Origin: Mayamaea pseudoterrestris
Taxonomy: Eukaryota
Direction: 5' to 3'
DNA length: 64,000 nucleotides
NCBI GenBank assembly: GCA_027923505.1
Contig: BROI01000003.1
Coordinates: 930,001-994,000 of the forward strand
Both the position numbers and the translations under genes were made by a program. How positions within the stretch are numbered: the stretch's first letter is position 1; each line of letters starts with the position of its first letter. Below the pieces are notes generated by a model. That model searched no databases and had not been told where the DNA came from. It saw nothing but the letters and a program-made list of their open reading frames with translations. Shown here in pieces: positions 35,793 to 46,233 of the stretch.

Positions 35793-36905
35793 ATGTCGAA
35801 CAATAACGAAATGCCTGATAAGGATCCGTTTCAGGTCCTTGGAGTTTCGTTTGAGGCGACGGATACGGAAATTAACAAGGCTTTTCGGAAACTCGCTCTT
35901 AAACTGCACCCCGACAAGCAACAAAATCTGTCAGAAACGCAAAAAACCAAAATGGCTCAGGAATTTCACGATGTGCAGCAGGCGAAAGCATTCCTGTCAG
36001 ATGCTGAGTATGCATCAGCCAGAGCCAAATACAAGGCAAAGCTGGCGTCCCTGCGCTTGCGACGAGCAGCCGATGAAGCGAGAAACAAAACAATGTCGAT
36101 GAATCGCAAACGAATGAGGGAAAATTTACAAAAGCAGGAGGCTCAGGCTAGTAAAAACATGGATGGTCGGCAAAGAACGATGCAGCGAAACAAGCAGGAC
36201 GACGATGTACTCAACGGCTTGCGCAAGGAAGGTAGCAATCTACGTGAGGAAATGGCAAATCGAATGGCAGCGGACCGTGCATTAAAGGAAGCACAATGGA
36301 AGGCAAAGCTGGAGGACCGACAAGTCCGTTTAAAGTGGAGCCGAAAGAAGATTGGCGTCAGTCCTTCTGACGACTCACTCGCCAAGCTACTGCAGCGATT
36401 TGGAATCGTTGAACGAGTTGAAATGCTAGGTACCAAAGGTAATTCAGCGCTTGTCACTTTTAAGGATGCGATAAGTGTTACGCCATGCGTCGAGTTCTAC
36501 AAGGAGTCTGAAGAATTGCGAGCCTCCTACATTGGCAAGCGAAAGGACAGGGAGGATTCTACAGAAGTTCAAGCTACTGCTGATGCGTATGCCTCGAACA
36601 AAGCTCGCATGCATGATGCAGAATCCATTTCGGACTGGAAATTACGTCGAGAAGCAGAGCGAGAGAAGTATTTGCGGCAAATGGAAGGCGAGGAAAATGG
36701 TACACAGCCTCTATCGCCGAAGGCAGTGCCGAACCGCAACTTTCCGCCTGCATTTCCGAGTGACTATGAGGGCCTCGAACCATTCCAAAAACTAGAAAAG
36801 GCCGAAGAGATCCTTCTTGTTGGATTAATTACCAAGGACAGAATTGAACGTTTGAAGGTTCGTCATGGAGAATCCGAGAACGCCGCTGGCGACATCATGA
36901 GTTGA
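35793..36905 (+). CDS. DNAJC17: J-domain + RRM protein (DNAJC17/Cwc23-like)
   Basis: DPFQVLGV..AFRKLALKLHPDK; coiled coil; RRM-like VRLKW..LLQRFGIV..ALVTF. Confidence 0.75.
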   Translation: MSNNNEMPDKDPFQVLGVSFEATDTEINKAFRKLALKLHPDKQQNLSETQKTKMAQEFHDVQQAKAFLSDAEYASARAKYKAKLASLRLRRAADEARNKTMSMNRKRMRENLQKQEAQASKNMDGRQRTMQRNKQDDDVLNGLRKEGSNLREEMANRMAADRALKEAQWKAKLEDRQVRLKWSRKKIGVSPSDDSLAKLLQRFGIVERVEMLGTKGNSALVTFKDAISVTPCVEFYKESEELRASYIGKRKDREDSTEVQATADAYASNKARMHDAESISDWKLRREAEREKYLRQMEGEENGTQPLSPKAVPNRNFPPAFPSDYEGLEPFQKLEKAEEILLVGLITKDRIERLKVRHGESENAAGDIMS

Positions 36906-38911
36906 TAGACTTGGGTCAGATCCGCAGGACTCACACCAGCGCATGCTCTGAACGCATCGTAGAGAAGGAACTGACCAGCAATGATGCACGTCGCCCAAAT
37001 AGATCGACTTCCTACTCCGCGAAAAAGACGGCCGAGTCCTTCGACACGAACCATGGTCATGCCGGTGCTCCACAAACTTTGCTTTGTGAACTCGGTGTCT
37101 TGCGCTTTTAAGGTCAAAACAGCGTCGGCAGGCTGCGACACAACGGCCGACAATGCTCCCGAAAAGGCGCCGGCACAGAGACTGACGATGAGCGATGTCC
37201 ACGTTTCGTCCTGCAGGCTTGGCCAGATGGAATACAAAAAGGCACAAGCTCGTTCAAACGCGATGAATTTGACGGATCCAAAGATGACTTGTCGGGTTAG
37301 CAGCGATGAGAAGCCAGAGTAAGCTCCTTGCCATCCCAAGCTCGGATTTTCGTTCGAGATGATTCGAAGGGTGCCGGCCAAACCAAGAGCTCGATATTTT
37401 TCTGGATTGGCAACGACCCTGATGCGTGCAGCTTCTATGGGAGTTAGCAACAGACTGGCAACGATCGACGCCAGTGCTCCGGCAAGTATAGCTATGCCAT
37501 CAGAGTTTGCTGCAACGACGTCCTCTGGTAATAGTTTCAAAGTAAGTAACCTTTTGAAAAACGTGTAACAGGGATATACGGACGCGCCATACCATAGATA
37601 CCCTAGAAGCGTCGCTTGAGCACCCAGAAACAGCCCTTCAGCACCTTCCTCGCGCAGAATTCGTCGTCCAGTGTTTAGAAAGCCCTTGTATTGCTCCGAA
37701 TCTATTTGCGTTCTGGTTTTGGTTACATCGATGGGAATTACAAAAGCATGTGTCAGTGCACACCCGACTGCCCCTGACAGTCCCAATCTCGCGTATGTGT
37801 ACACTGAATAATCTGCCTGATCGCGCGTGAGCGGATCCTTCGCGACAAGGCCAAACTCACCGCCGATGGCGGGATAAATGGTGAAATATGATGCGTCTGC
37901 TACTGGGATGCATTTATAACCCAATGGCAGCAGCCCAGTCACGTCCATCTGGAAAGTTGAAGCTATTTGCGGCGAATTTGACGTAATGGCATCGGTTTCT
38001 ATCGAAATGGATCGAAGCCTTGAGACAGGTTGATCTTTTGCTGGCAACAAGGCGAACAGCAAAGCAATTTGTCGTCTCGACTCCCTGTCATGTCCATATT
38101 GCTGAGTGAATCGGTCCCATAGTAGTTCATAGGCCTGTTGAGGAGATGCACGCTCGAGTAAATAGCTAGCAATGCTCAACTCGAGCGACTTGGCCATGCT
38201 GCCAAATTTGTGTCGCAGTTTACCACGACGTTCACTTTTCGAAAGCAAAGAATAAGATCTTTCCAGATTACTCCACCATGACTGTGCACTTGGATCGTAA
38301 TGAATGAGAAAGCGGGTAGCATACGTCACAAACTCTGGCAACACGTGTGGACATGTCGATGCAACATTAGTGGATTGTCGGCTTAAATCAGTCCATTTAC
38401 CATCTCCGAGCAGCAAATTTTCAAGCTCATCTCCAGCTGTTGCATGGGCAGCTCTGGACCCAAATACTGCCGCTCCGCTCATAAACATGGCATTGATAGC
38501 CACTCGGCGATGGATGATTTTCGTCATCGGCGCTTTCTCAATCATTGGCTCGTCAATGTCCTTCGTAGAGCCAAGAATATGTATGCAGGCACCCAAAGAT
38601 CGGCTTATTCTTCGGCTACGATATGCATTGAAAGAAGATGCAAATAGGAAATGCTGCTGCTGAAATGCAGCGATGATAAATGCAAAGATGTACAAACATT
38701 TCGTGGTTATCGCATTGAAACGATTGGCGAACGTCGTTTGAGAACGGAAAAATCGACTTTCTTCTTTCCTAAGCTTTCCTATTCCTCTTCCTTGCGTTCT
38801 TTGGCCTGTTTGTGCGTTGAAGGTATCTACTGGGGCTTCATAGCCACCATGGTTGACCATCATTGAGCCGTCGAAAGAATGAAGGCGCACAATCTGTCTT
38901 CGCTTCAACAT
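36863..38911 (-). CDS. Mitochondrial-carrier-family (phosphate-carrier-like) protein with ~370-aa N-terminal extension; start uncertain
   Basis: Three carrier signatures PIDVTKTR, PIEAARIR, PADAVLT; LTHAFVIP and RQVIFGSVKF are typical of Pi carriers. Confidence 0.8.
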   Translation of the reverse strand: MLKRRQIVRLHSFDGSMMVNHGGYEAPVDTFNAQTGQRTQGRGIGKLRKEESRFFRSQTTFANRFNAITTKCLYIFAFIIAAFQQQHFLFASSFNAYRSRRISRSLGACIHILGSTKDIDEPMIEKAPMTKIIHRRVAINAMFMSGAAVFGSRAAHATAGDELENLLLGDGKWTDLSRQSTNVASTCPHVLPEFVTYATRFLIHYDPSAQSWWSNLERSYSLLSKSERRGKLRHKFGSMAKSLELSIASYLLERASPQQAYELLWDRFTQQYGHDRESRRQIALLFALLPAKDQPVSRLRSISIETDAITSNSPQIASTFQMDVTGLLPLGYKCIPVADASYFTIYPAIGGEFGLVAKDPLTRDQADYSVYTYARLGLSGAVGCALTHAFVIPIDVTKTRTQIDSEQYKGFLNTGRRILREEGAEGLFLGAQATLLGYLWYGASVYPCYTFFKRLLTLKLLPEDVVAANSDGIAILAGALASIVASLLLTPIEAARIRVVANPEKYRALGLAGTLRIISNENPSLGWQGAYSGFSSLLTRQVIFGSVKFIAFERACAFLYSIWPSLQDETWTSLIVSLCAGAFSGALSAVVSQPADAVLTLKAQDTEFTKQSLWSTGMTMVRVEGLGRLFRGVGSRSIWATCIIAGQFLLYDAFRACAGVSPADLTQVYQLMMSPAAFSDSP

Positions 38912-38985
38912 CGCACTGCTCTCAATTCCTTGGCCTTCATGCCTCGGGTCCGATCGTGCCAAATTTTGTCTCAGTACTTCTTAAT

Positions 38986-39276
38986 CCATAGTGCCAAAAA
39001 CTTTGATTCTCAACGGTTATCACTACTACACTCTAGACCATAGTGCCAAAAACTTTTATTTTCAACGGTCGTCAAGACTACACTTTGGACCATAATGCCA
39101 AAAACTTTGATTTTCAACGGTCGTCAAGACTACACTTTCGGCCATAATGCCAAAAACTTGGATTTTCAACGGTTACCAATAGTACACTCTGAACCATATT
39201 GCCAAAAACTTTGATTTTCAACGGTCGTCAATGTTACTCTCCGGGTCATAGTGCCAAAAACTTTGATTTTCAACGG
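38986..39276. repeat. 52-bp tandem array, ~5.6 units: 31-bp conserved core CCATAGTGCCAAAAACTTTGATTTTCAACGG + 21-bp variable part
   Basis: Unit starts at 38986, 39038, 39090, 39142, 39194, 39246. Confidence 0.95.
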
Positions 39277-39380
39277 CAGTCGTAGCGGCAACTTAACAAT
39301 CTACGGTACTACCACTGCGACGCTCTCTGGTTTTCGATGGATTGGTCTTTGGTGGTCGACGCGTGAACTCACGACCAACC

Positions 39381-40691
39381 ATGGACGCAATTCCCTACAA
39401 TTCGACAATGAGACTGCCTTTACAACATCGTTTACTACCAGTCTGTCTTTTGGCAGAATTTCTAGCATGCGTCAGCAGCTTTACACTTTTAAACAATCAT
39501 CCGCAACAGCAAATTAGCAGGATGATCCTTCTCCACGCCGCAACATCCGACAGCGATCATGTTTCTGCCGCAGCTCGTGCTCGTCGCGAGGAGGAGAGCC
39601 GACGATTGGAACGACGCGAGGATGTCATCGTTGGTCAAACATCGGCCAAACCGGGAGCCAAAGACTTTGAAATTAATTCACGAGTAACCGAGCAAGCCTG
39701 GCTTTCCCAAGCGAGTCAAATTGAACGACAAGTCTACGAATACACTGAACGAGGCATGAATTCTTTAAAGATGCTTCAAATTGAAAATGCTGTTGAATAT
39801 TTTGATCGAGTCTTTCAATTACGGCCACAGACATATTTATGGCAGGCTGGAGTGGCCAAATTCTATATGAATGACTTGGAAGGGGCTGCCGACATTTTTA
39901 CGAGAACCGCGCAAACATATGAATCACTCTTCGGCGAGTCTGCAAGTGAGGAACGAATATGGAGGAATGCGTGTCTACTAAAAATGTATTCCAGTAAGAG
40001 CAGAGCGAGTCGAAAGGTGCTGGATGAGCAAGGCGGCGGAATAGAATCCTTGCTGTCGCCCATGCCGGAAGTGGTCGACGACGATGATTCAAGGACCATG
40101 ACGGAGCGACGAAAGGTGATGCGACTAGCACTGGATCTCTTCTCTTCGTCTGTCCGCAAAGACTTTGCTGGCGTGGTCTTGTCGCGGGCCAAACTACGAG
40201 CCATTGGTGGTCGCGCGAACCAGTCGGCGGGCCTTGACCGCAAAATGTGGAAGCTCACGGCGTGGTATTACCTTGGTTTACATTACGATGTACTTGGTGA
40301 GCGGGAAGAGAGCAAGAGATGCATGAAGACTGCCTTGAAATTGTGTCCGTCGATTGGTGGTAATGCCGATGATATCGTGCATTCACTACCATTGATTCAC
40401 ATGACTCGTCGGGATTTTTTTGATGACGACGACATGGAAACGGATGCGTCAATGCCCGTTGGCCGGCGAGGCAAGACGTCGCCTCTGCGAGTTTTGATGA
40501 AGAGTGCCGTTGCTGGAAGAACTGTCGACCCCATTGTAGCCGAATCCATAGAAGACAGTTTGTTAAAGATGCGGCATGCTGACCTCAAGGCAGCTCTCAA
40601 AGAAAGGGGACTCTTGTGTAACGGCATGAAGGAGGAACTTTTGAAACGAATGTTTCAAACACTTATCGAGGAGGTTGTACGCTTAGAGTAA
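39381..40691 (+). CDS. TPR-like + C-terminal SAP-domain protein, probably plastid-targeted (start 39381 or 39408)
   Basis: Signal-like ...CVSS-F; TPR-like YLWQAGVAKFY and AWYYLGLHY; SAP motif MRHADLKAALKERGLLCNGMKEELLKRM. Confidence 0.7.
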   Translation: MDAIPYNSTMRLPLQHRLLPVCLLAEFLACVSSFTLLNNHPQQQISRMILLHAATSDSDHVSAAARARREEESRRLERREDVIVGQTSAKPGAKDFEINSRVTEQAWLSQASQIERQVYEYTERGMNSLKMLQIENAVEYFDRVFQLRPQTYLWQAGVAKFYMNDLEGAADIFTRTAQTYESLFGESASEERIWRNACLLKMYSSKSRASRKVLDEQGGGIESLLSPMPEVVDDDDSRTMTERRKVMRLALDLFSSSVRKDFAGVVLSRAKLRAIGGRANQSAGLDRKMWKLTAWYYLGLHYDVLGEREESKRCMKTALKLCPSIGGNADDIVHSLPLIHMTRRDFFDDDDMETDASMPVGRRGKTSPLRVLMKSAVAGRTVDPIVAESIEDSLLKMRHADLKAALKERGLLCNGMKEELLKRMFQTLIEEVVRLE

Positions 40692-40885
40692 TGTAGTAAC
40701 TATTGTATGAAAAGCTGTACAAATTCCATTTGCAAGCTTACCATGTCGCTCCTACCCTACCAAGACATGACCGCGCCATGTACCGGTAGGGTAGACGTAG
40801 CATCGAGGTGCGTTTTAAAAACAGTACTGTAGCTTACAGGCAATATTTTTAATGATTCGTGCTACGCCGGTGTACTAATATTATC

Positions 40886-42012
40886 TTAGTCCTTCTTGAC
40901 TGGCTCACCGGTCCCTCCATTGACCTTGCTACGAAACTCCACTGGCATATTGTTTGGCAACCATCCCATGGCTTCCAAGTTAACCTTCATGCGCTGAAAG
41001 CACAAATCAAACGCAGTCTTAATGTCGTTAATGACAACTCCTTCGGGCATGTCCGCCATGAGTTTGGTGGTGTCCAACTCATTGTTTGAACGGTCAGCCT
41101 TGAGAATCTTGGCCTGCTCTTCAACGCTAAAGTTGCTGTATTCAAACTCCGGATCAATGTACTTCTTGAACAAGTCCAAAACCTCATTGTGCGAAATGAC
41201 GCCTGGATTGGTAAAGTTGTACACACCAGTGAGGCCCTTCTTAGCCATGGCGAGCGAAGCCGGCAACATTTCATGCAAAATGGTCATGCTGTTGGGAATG
41301 TTAACCACCTTTTCGTACTTGGCAATCTTGGCAACAAAGTTGCGATGAAAGAGGTCGTCTGAGACGGGCATGCGGACGCGAAGAATCAAGCAGGTAGGGT
41401 ACACTTTCAACAATGGCTCCATGTAACCCTTCGTCTGCGAGTAGAAGGAGCCAGCGAAGTTGGGAGTGTCTTCCTCTTTAAACCCAACACCCGATCCAAG
41501 AGGATGAGCATCGTCATACTTGAAAATGCAACCCGTCGCGTAGACGGTGCAGTGGATACCTTTAATGTCGCAAAGGTCTGCCACGTTGAGCGTTCCAATG
41601 ACATTGACGCGAATCGTCGTCTGTTTGTTGGATTCGCACCAGTCGATGTTTGGACGGCCTGTAATTCCCGCTGACATGAGGACATGCGACGGCTTTTCCT
41701 TGTCAAGCTCGGCTTCAACCTCGGCTCGATTCTCAATGCGAGACTCGGCGTTGACGACTTCAATGCCCTCCTTTTTGCAGAGTTCGTTCATCCTGCCATT
41801 TTTGCAACACGATAAGTCAGTCATAGTTAATATATCAAGAGATTTTCTAAGCAATATATCTTTCAATGGAGTCATTTAAAGGCAAGCCTGTGAATGCCAG
41901 CGCGCAGCTCATCGTCACCAATGAAACATTTCACTTACATTCCTCCGATCCATCCTGTCTTTCCTCCAAAGATGAGGACCTTGGTCATGGGCTTGGCTTC
42001 AAAGGACGTCAT
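40886..42012 (-). CDS. UER1: NRS/ER nucleotide-rhamnose synthase 3,5-epimerase/4-reductase, intron 41938-41793
   Basis: Exon 1 KVLIFGGKTGWIGG; GITGRPNIDWCE, YATGCIF, GSFYSQTKG, LRVRMPV, RSNNELD. Confidence 0.9.
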
Positions 42013-42376
42013 GATAATGTTGATCAAAGTGTAACTGCAGGTGTATACTATTAGCAACGATAAAGTTAATGCTTGGCCAGTGGCAACTCAGCTGTGTTGT
42101 TTGGCCTTCGTCAACGGATCCGAAATGCCGCTACGGTATTTACGTAGCATTGTACTGATCTCGTACCGGTACTTGGACGGAAAAGCTTGTCGGACCGGTT
42201 CTCATATCTTTGGAAAGTTATAGCGCTGCGCGATGATCCATCTATCACCCATCACCCATCATTCATCACCATTCACTGCCATCAAATATGATAATAATAG
42301 GTTGCCTTTTCTCTAATTGACGAGCTGCAGTTCCTTTTTGACAATTTGCATTTCTTCAGGAGCTGTGTCTCAAACG

Positions 42377-44041
42377 ATGGCTCCGGTCGGCATGCTCCAT
42401 CTCTGTTCAGCCATCAAAGCAACCAAGATCCTCCGTTTTGTCGGCATTCTATACTTTCTGATACTCTTCCAGTCATTTACAACAGTCACGTGCAACACTC
42501 GAAGGATTGTTTTGGGTGTTGATGGAGGTACAGAGTCCATACGAGCTTGTTTCTTCGATGCACTCTCCGGCCAAGTGGTTGGGAAGCCGTGCGCCGTTGC
42601 TTACGACACGACGCATCCACACGCGGGATGGGCTGAACAAAATCCACTGGATTGGTATCGAAACCTTGGAATCGCTGTCCGAGGTGCACTTCTCAGTGTT
42701 GCAGATTGTCAAGAAGACTTCCAGGTGGTGTCCATGGCGGTGGATACAACGTGCTGTTCCGTCGTTGCACTGGACGAGTCCTTGAACCCTCTTCGACCAT
42801 GTTTGCTCTGGATGGATCAGCGCGCGCATGCACAAGCGAAACAAATACTTGATCAATGTGGAGGAGACCCTGCACTAAAGGTAAACTGCAATGGTAAGGG
42901 ACCACTATCGGCCGAGTGGATGCTTCCGAAAGCTTTGTGGATTGCACAAAATGAACCTGACATATGGGAACGAGCCATTACTATATGCGAATACCAAGAT
43001 TACATCAACTTCAAACTTACTGGAGCCTTGTGCGCGAGTGCATGCAATGCGGGAACAAGGTGGCACTGGAATGGAGATGAGTGCACAGTGGAAGGCAAGG
43101 GTCGGCCAATGTCGCTGTATCAGCAACTGAATCTATCAGAACTGGCCGAGAAACTTCCGAGTCGATGCCTTCCCATGGGAGCAGTCGTTGGAGGACTCAC
43201 AAAAAATGCTAGCGAGCACTTGGGCTTGCCGATTGGGCTACCAGTCGTACAAGGTGGACCTGATGCATTTGTTGGCATGATAGGCTTGGGCTGCATCCAT
43301 GCAGGACAATTGTGCCTTATCACGGGCTCGTCGCACCTTCATTGCGTCGTCACATCGCATCCTACCACTGCCATCGGAACATGGGGAGCTTACAAAAGTT
43401 CGCCATTGCCGGGGATTAACTTTGCGGAAGGCGGTCAGTCGTCGACTGGCAGCCTGTTACGATGGGCGAGAAATATCTTTGGAAGTAACATGCTTTATAG
43501 CGACCTCGACGAGGAGGCCATGGTTATTGCTCCTGGAGCTGATGGACTTGTTGCTTTGGAAACGTTTCAGGGACAGCGCACGCCTACGACGGATCCACTC
43601 GCCAAGGGCGCTTTGCTTGGGTTGACTCTGTCGCACACTCGGGCTCACATATGGCGAGCGTTGATGGAAGCAGTTTGTTATGGTACTCGAGCTTGCATAG
43701 AAGCGCTTGGTGCGGCAGGGCATGACTGCGACGAGATCATTCTCGCCGGTGGCATTGCTCGCTCGCCATTGTGGCTGCAGATGCATGCGGATGTGACGAA
43801 CAAGCCAATCGTTGTTTGCGAAAATGACAATGCGCCTTTGTTGGGATGCGCCATTCTGGCAAGCGTAGGAGCTGGGGTGCACAAGTCTGTTGACGATGCA
43901 GTGCATGCCATGGTGCGAGTCGCCGAGAAAATTGAGCCAAATGTGGAGACTGCTCAAACATACCTGCGTCTGTACCGCGAAATCTATTCGAAAGTTCCAG
44001 ATGCTGTTCGTCCAGTGTCACATGCATGTTCAAATATGTAA
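42377..44041 (+). CDS. FGGY-family carbohydrate kinase (ribulokinase-like) with hydrophobic N-terminus
   Basis: LGVDGGTESIRA, DTTCCSVV, WMDQRA, GGPDAFVG, FQGQRTP, MEAVCYG, AGGIARS. Confidence 0.88.
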   Translation: MAPVGMLHLCSAIKATKILRFVGILYFLILFQSFTTVTCNTRRIVLGVDGGTESIRACFFDALSGQVVGKPCAVAYDTTHPHAGWAEQNPLDWYRNLGIAVRGALLSVADCQEDFQVVSMAVDTTCCSVVALDESLNPLRPCLLWMDQRAHAQAKQILDQCGGDPALKVNCNGKGPLSAEWMLPKALWIAQNEPDIWERAITICEYQDYINFKLTGALCASACNAGTRWHWNGDECTVEGKGRPMSLYQQLNLSELAEKLPSRCLPMGAVVGGLTKNASEHLGLPIGLPVVQGGPDAFVGMIGLGCIHAGQLCLITGSSHLHCVVTSHPTTAIGTWGAYKSSPLPGINFAEGGQSSTGSLLRWARNIFGSNMLYSDLDEEAMVIAPGADGLVALETFQGQRTPTTDPLAKGALLGLTLSHTRAHIWRALMEAVCYGTRACIEALGAAGHDCDEIILAGGIARSPLWLQMHADVTNKPIVVCENDNAPLLGCAILASVGAGVHKSVDDAVHAMVRVAEKIEPNVETAQTYLRLYREIYSKVPDAVRPVSHACSNM

Positions 44042-44256
44042 CACTAGAATAAAATCCATTATTGTGGTAGGATTTATCCGCATATGCTTCACGGCATTAA
44101 TTAGAATACTGCCGTGCGACGTAGGTCATGGTTTTGGCGCATGCAATGACCCGCCCTAATGATGACCGTTTAAGCTATCCTAAACACATTGCTTTACATA
44201 GGAGTATGCTCTCAAAGAGCCATCAATTACCACTCGATTTCGGAGCCAAAACAAAA

Positions 44257-46233
44257 TTGATGGAACAAGACTATTGGGGGGCCACACACTGTAGCACCAT
44301 GGAGCTGGTTACTGTGTGGACCTCTGCCCTCCGAAACAACTGATGCTACTTCTGAGCTTTGAATGATTGATATGCTCCAATCTCATTGCACATGTGTCCC
44401 CAAGCATAGCCAGATCATAATTCATGGAACAAGACTATTGGGGGTAGTCTTTGAAGGCCACACATGTAGCACCTTGGAGCTGGTCACTGTGTGGATCTTT
44501 GCCCTCCCAAACCACTGATGCTACACGTGAGCTGGGAATGATTGTTATGCACCAATCTGACCACATATGTGTCGCTAAACATAGCCAGAACAGAATTCAT
44601 GGAACAAGACTATCGGGGAAGTCATTGAAGGCCACACATGGAGCACCATGGAGCTAGTCACTATGTGGATCTTTGCCCTCCCAAACAACTGATGCTACAC
44701 GTGAGCTGGGAGTGATTGTTATGCACCAAACTCACCGCATACGTGTCCCCAAGCAAAGCCAGAACAGAATTTATGGAACAAGACTCTTGGGGGATGTCAT
44801 TGAAGGCCACACATGTGGCACCGTGTAGCTGGTTACGGTGTGGATCTTTGCCCTCCCAAACAACTGATGCTACACGTGAGCTGGGAATAATTGTTATGCA
44901 CCAATCTGACTGCATATGTGTCCCCAAGCATAGCCATAACAGAATATATGGAACAAGACTATTGGGAGTAGTCATTGAGGGCCACACATGTGGCACCGTG
45001 TAGCTGGTTAATGTGTGGATCTTTGCCCTCCAAAACAACTGATGCTACACGTGAGCTGGGAGTAATTGTTATGCACCAATCCCACCGCATACATGTCCCC
45101 AAGCATAGGCAGAACAGAATTCATGGAACAAGACTATCGAAGGTAGTCATTGAAGGCCACACATGGAGCACCATGGAGCTAGTCACTGTGTGGATCTTTG
45201 CCCTCCCAAACAACTGATGCTACACGTGAGCTGGGAATAATTGTTATGCCCCAATCTCACCGCATATGTGTCCCCAAGGATAGCCAGAACAGAATTCATG
45301 GAACGAGACTTTTGGGGGTAGTCATTGAGGGCCACACATGTGGCACCGTGTAGCTGGTTACTGTGTGGATCTTTGCCCTCCCGAACAACTGATGCTACAC
45401 GTGAGCTGGGAATGTTTTTTATGCACCAATCTCACCGCATATGTGTCCCCAAGCATAGCCAGAACAGAATTCCTGGAACAAGACTTTTGGGGGCATTGAA
45501 GGCCTTACACTGTAGCACCATGGAGCTGGTCACTGTGTGGATCTTTGCCCTCCCAAACCACTGATGCTACACGTGAGCTGGGAATGATTGTTATGCACCA
45601 ATCTCACCGCATACGTGTCCCCAAGCATAGCCAGAACAGAATTCATGGAACAAGACTATTGGGGGTAGTCATTGAAGGCCACACATGGAGCACCATGGAG
45701 CTAGTCACTGTGTGGATCTTTGCCCTCCCAAACAACTGATGCTACACATGAGCTGGGAGTGATTGTTATGCACCAATCTCACCGCATACGTGTCCCCAAG
45801 CATAGCCAGAACAGAATTCATGGAACAAGACTATTGGGGGTAGTCTTTGAAGGCCACACATGTAGCACCGTGTAGCTGGTTACTGTGTGGATCTTTGCCC
45901 TCCCAAACAACTGATGCTACACGTGAGCTGGGAATGATTGTTATGCACCAATCTCACCGCATATGTGTCCCCAAGGATAGCCAGAACAGAATTCATGGAA
46001 CGAGACTTTTGGGGGTAGTCATTGAAGGCCACACATGTAGCACCATGGAGCTAGTCACTGTGTGGATCTTTGCCCTCCCGAACAACTGATGCTACACGTG
46101 AGCTGGGAGTGATTGTTATGCACCACTCCCACCGCATACATCATGTCCCCAAGCATAGCCAGAACAGAATTCATGGAACAAGACTATTGAAGGTAGTCAT
46201 TGAGGGCCACACACTGTAGCGCCATGGAGCTGG
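44257..46233. repeat. ~175-bp satellite, 11 full units + 1 partial
   Basis: (A)TGGAAC(A/G)AGAC anchors at 44260, 44424, 44599, 44773, 44948, 45123, 45298, 45473, 45645, 45820, 45995, 46173. Confidence 0.98.

Noticed and set aside
38986..39276. CRISPR array
   Set aside because: The 'spacers' are only 21 bp and homologous to each other, there are no cas genes, and the context is eukaryotic
44451..46089. Series of short ORFs (MKATHVAP...)
   Set aside because: Translations of the 175-bp satellite; the period is not a multiple of 3 and frames break
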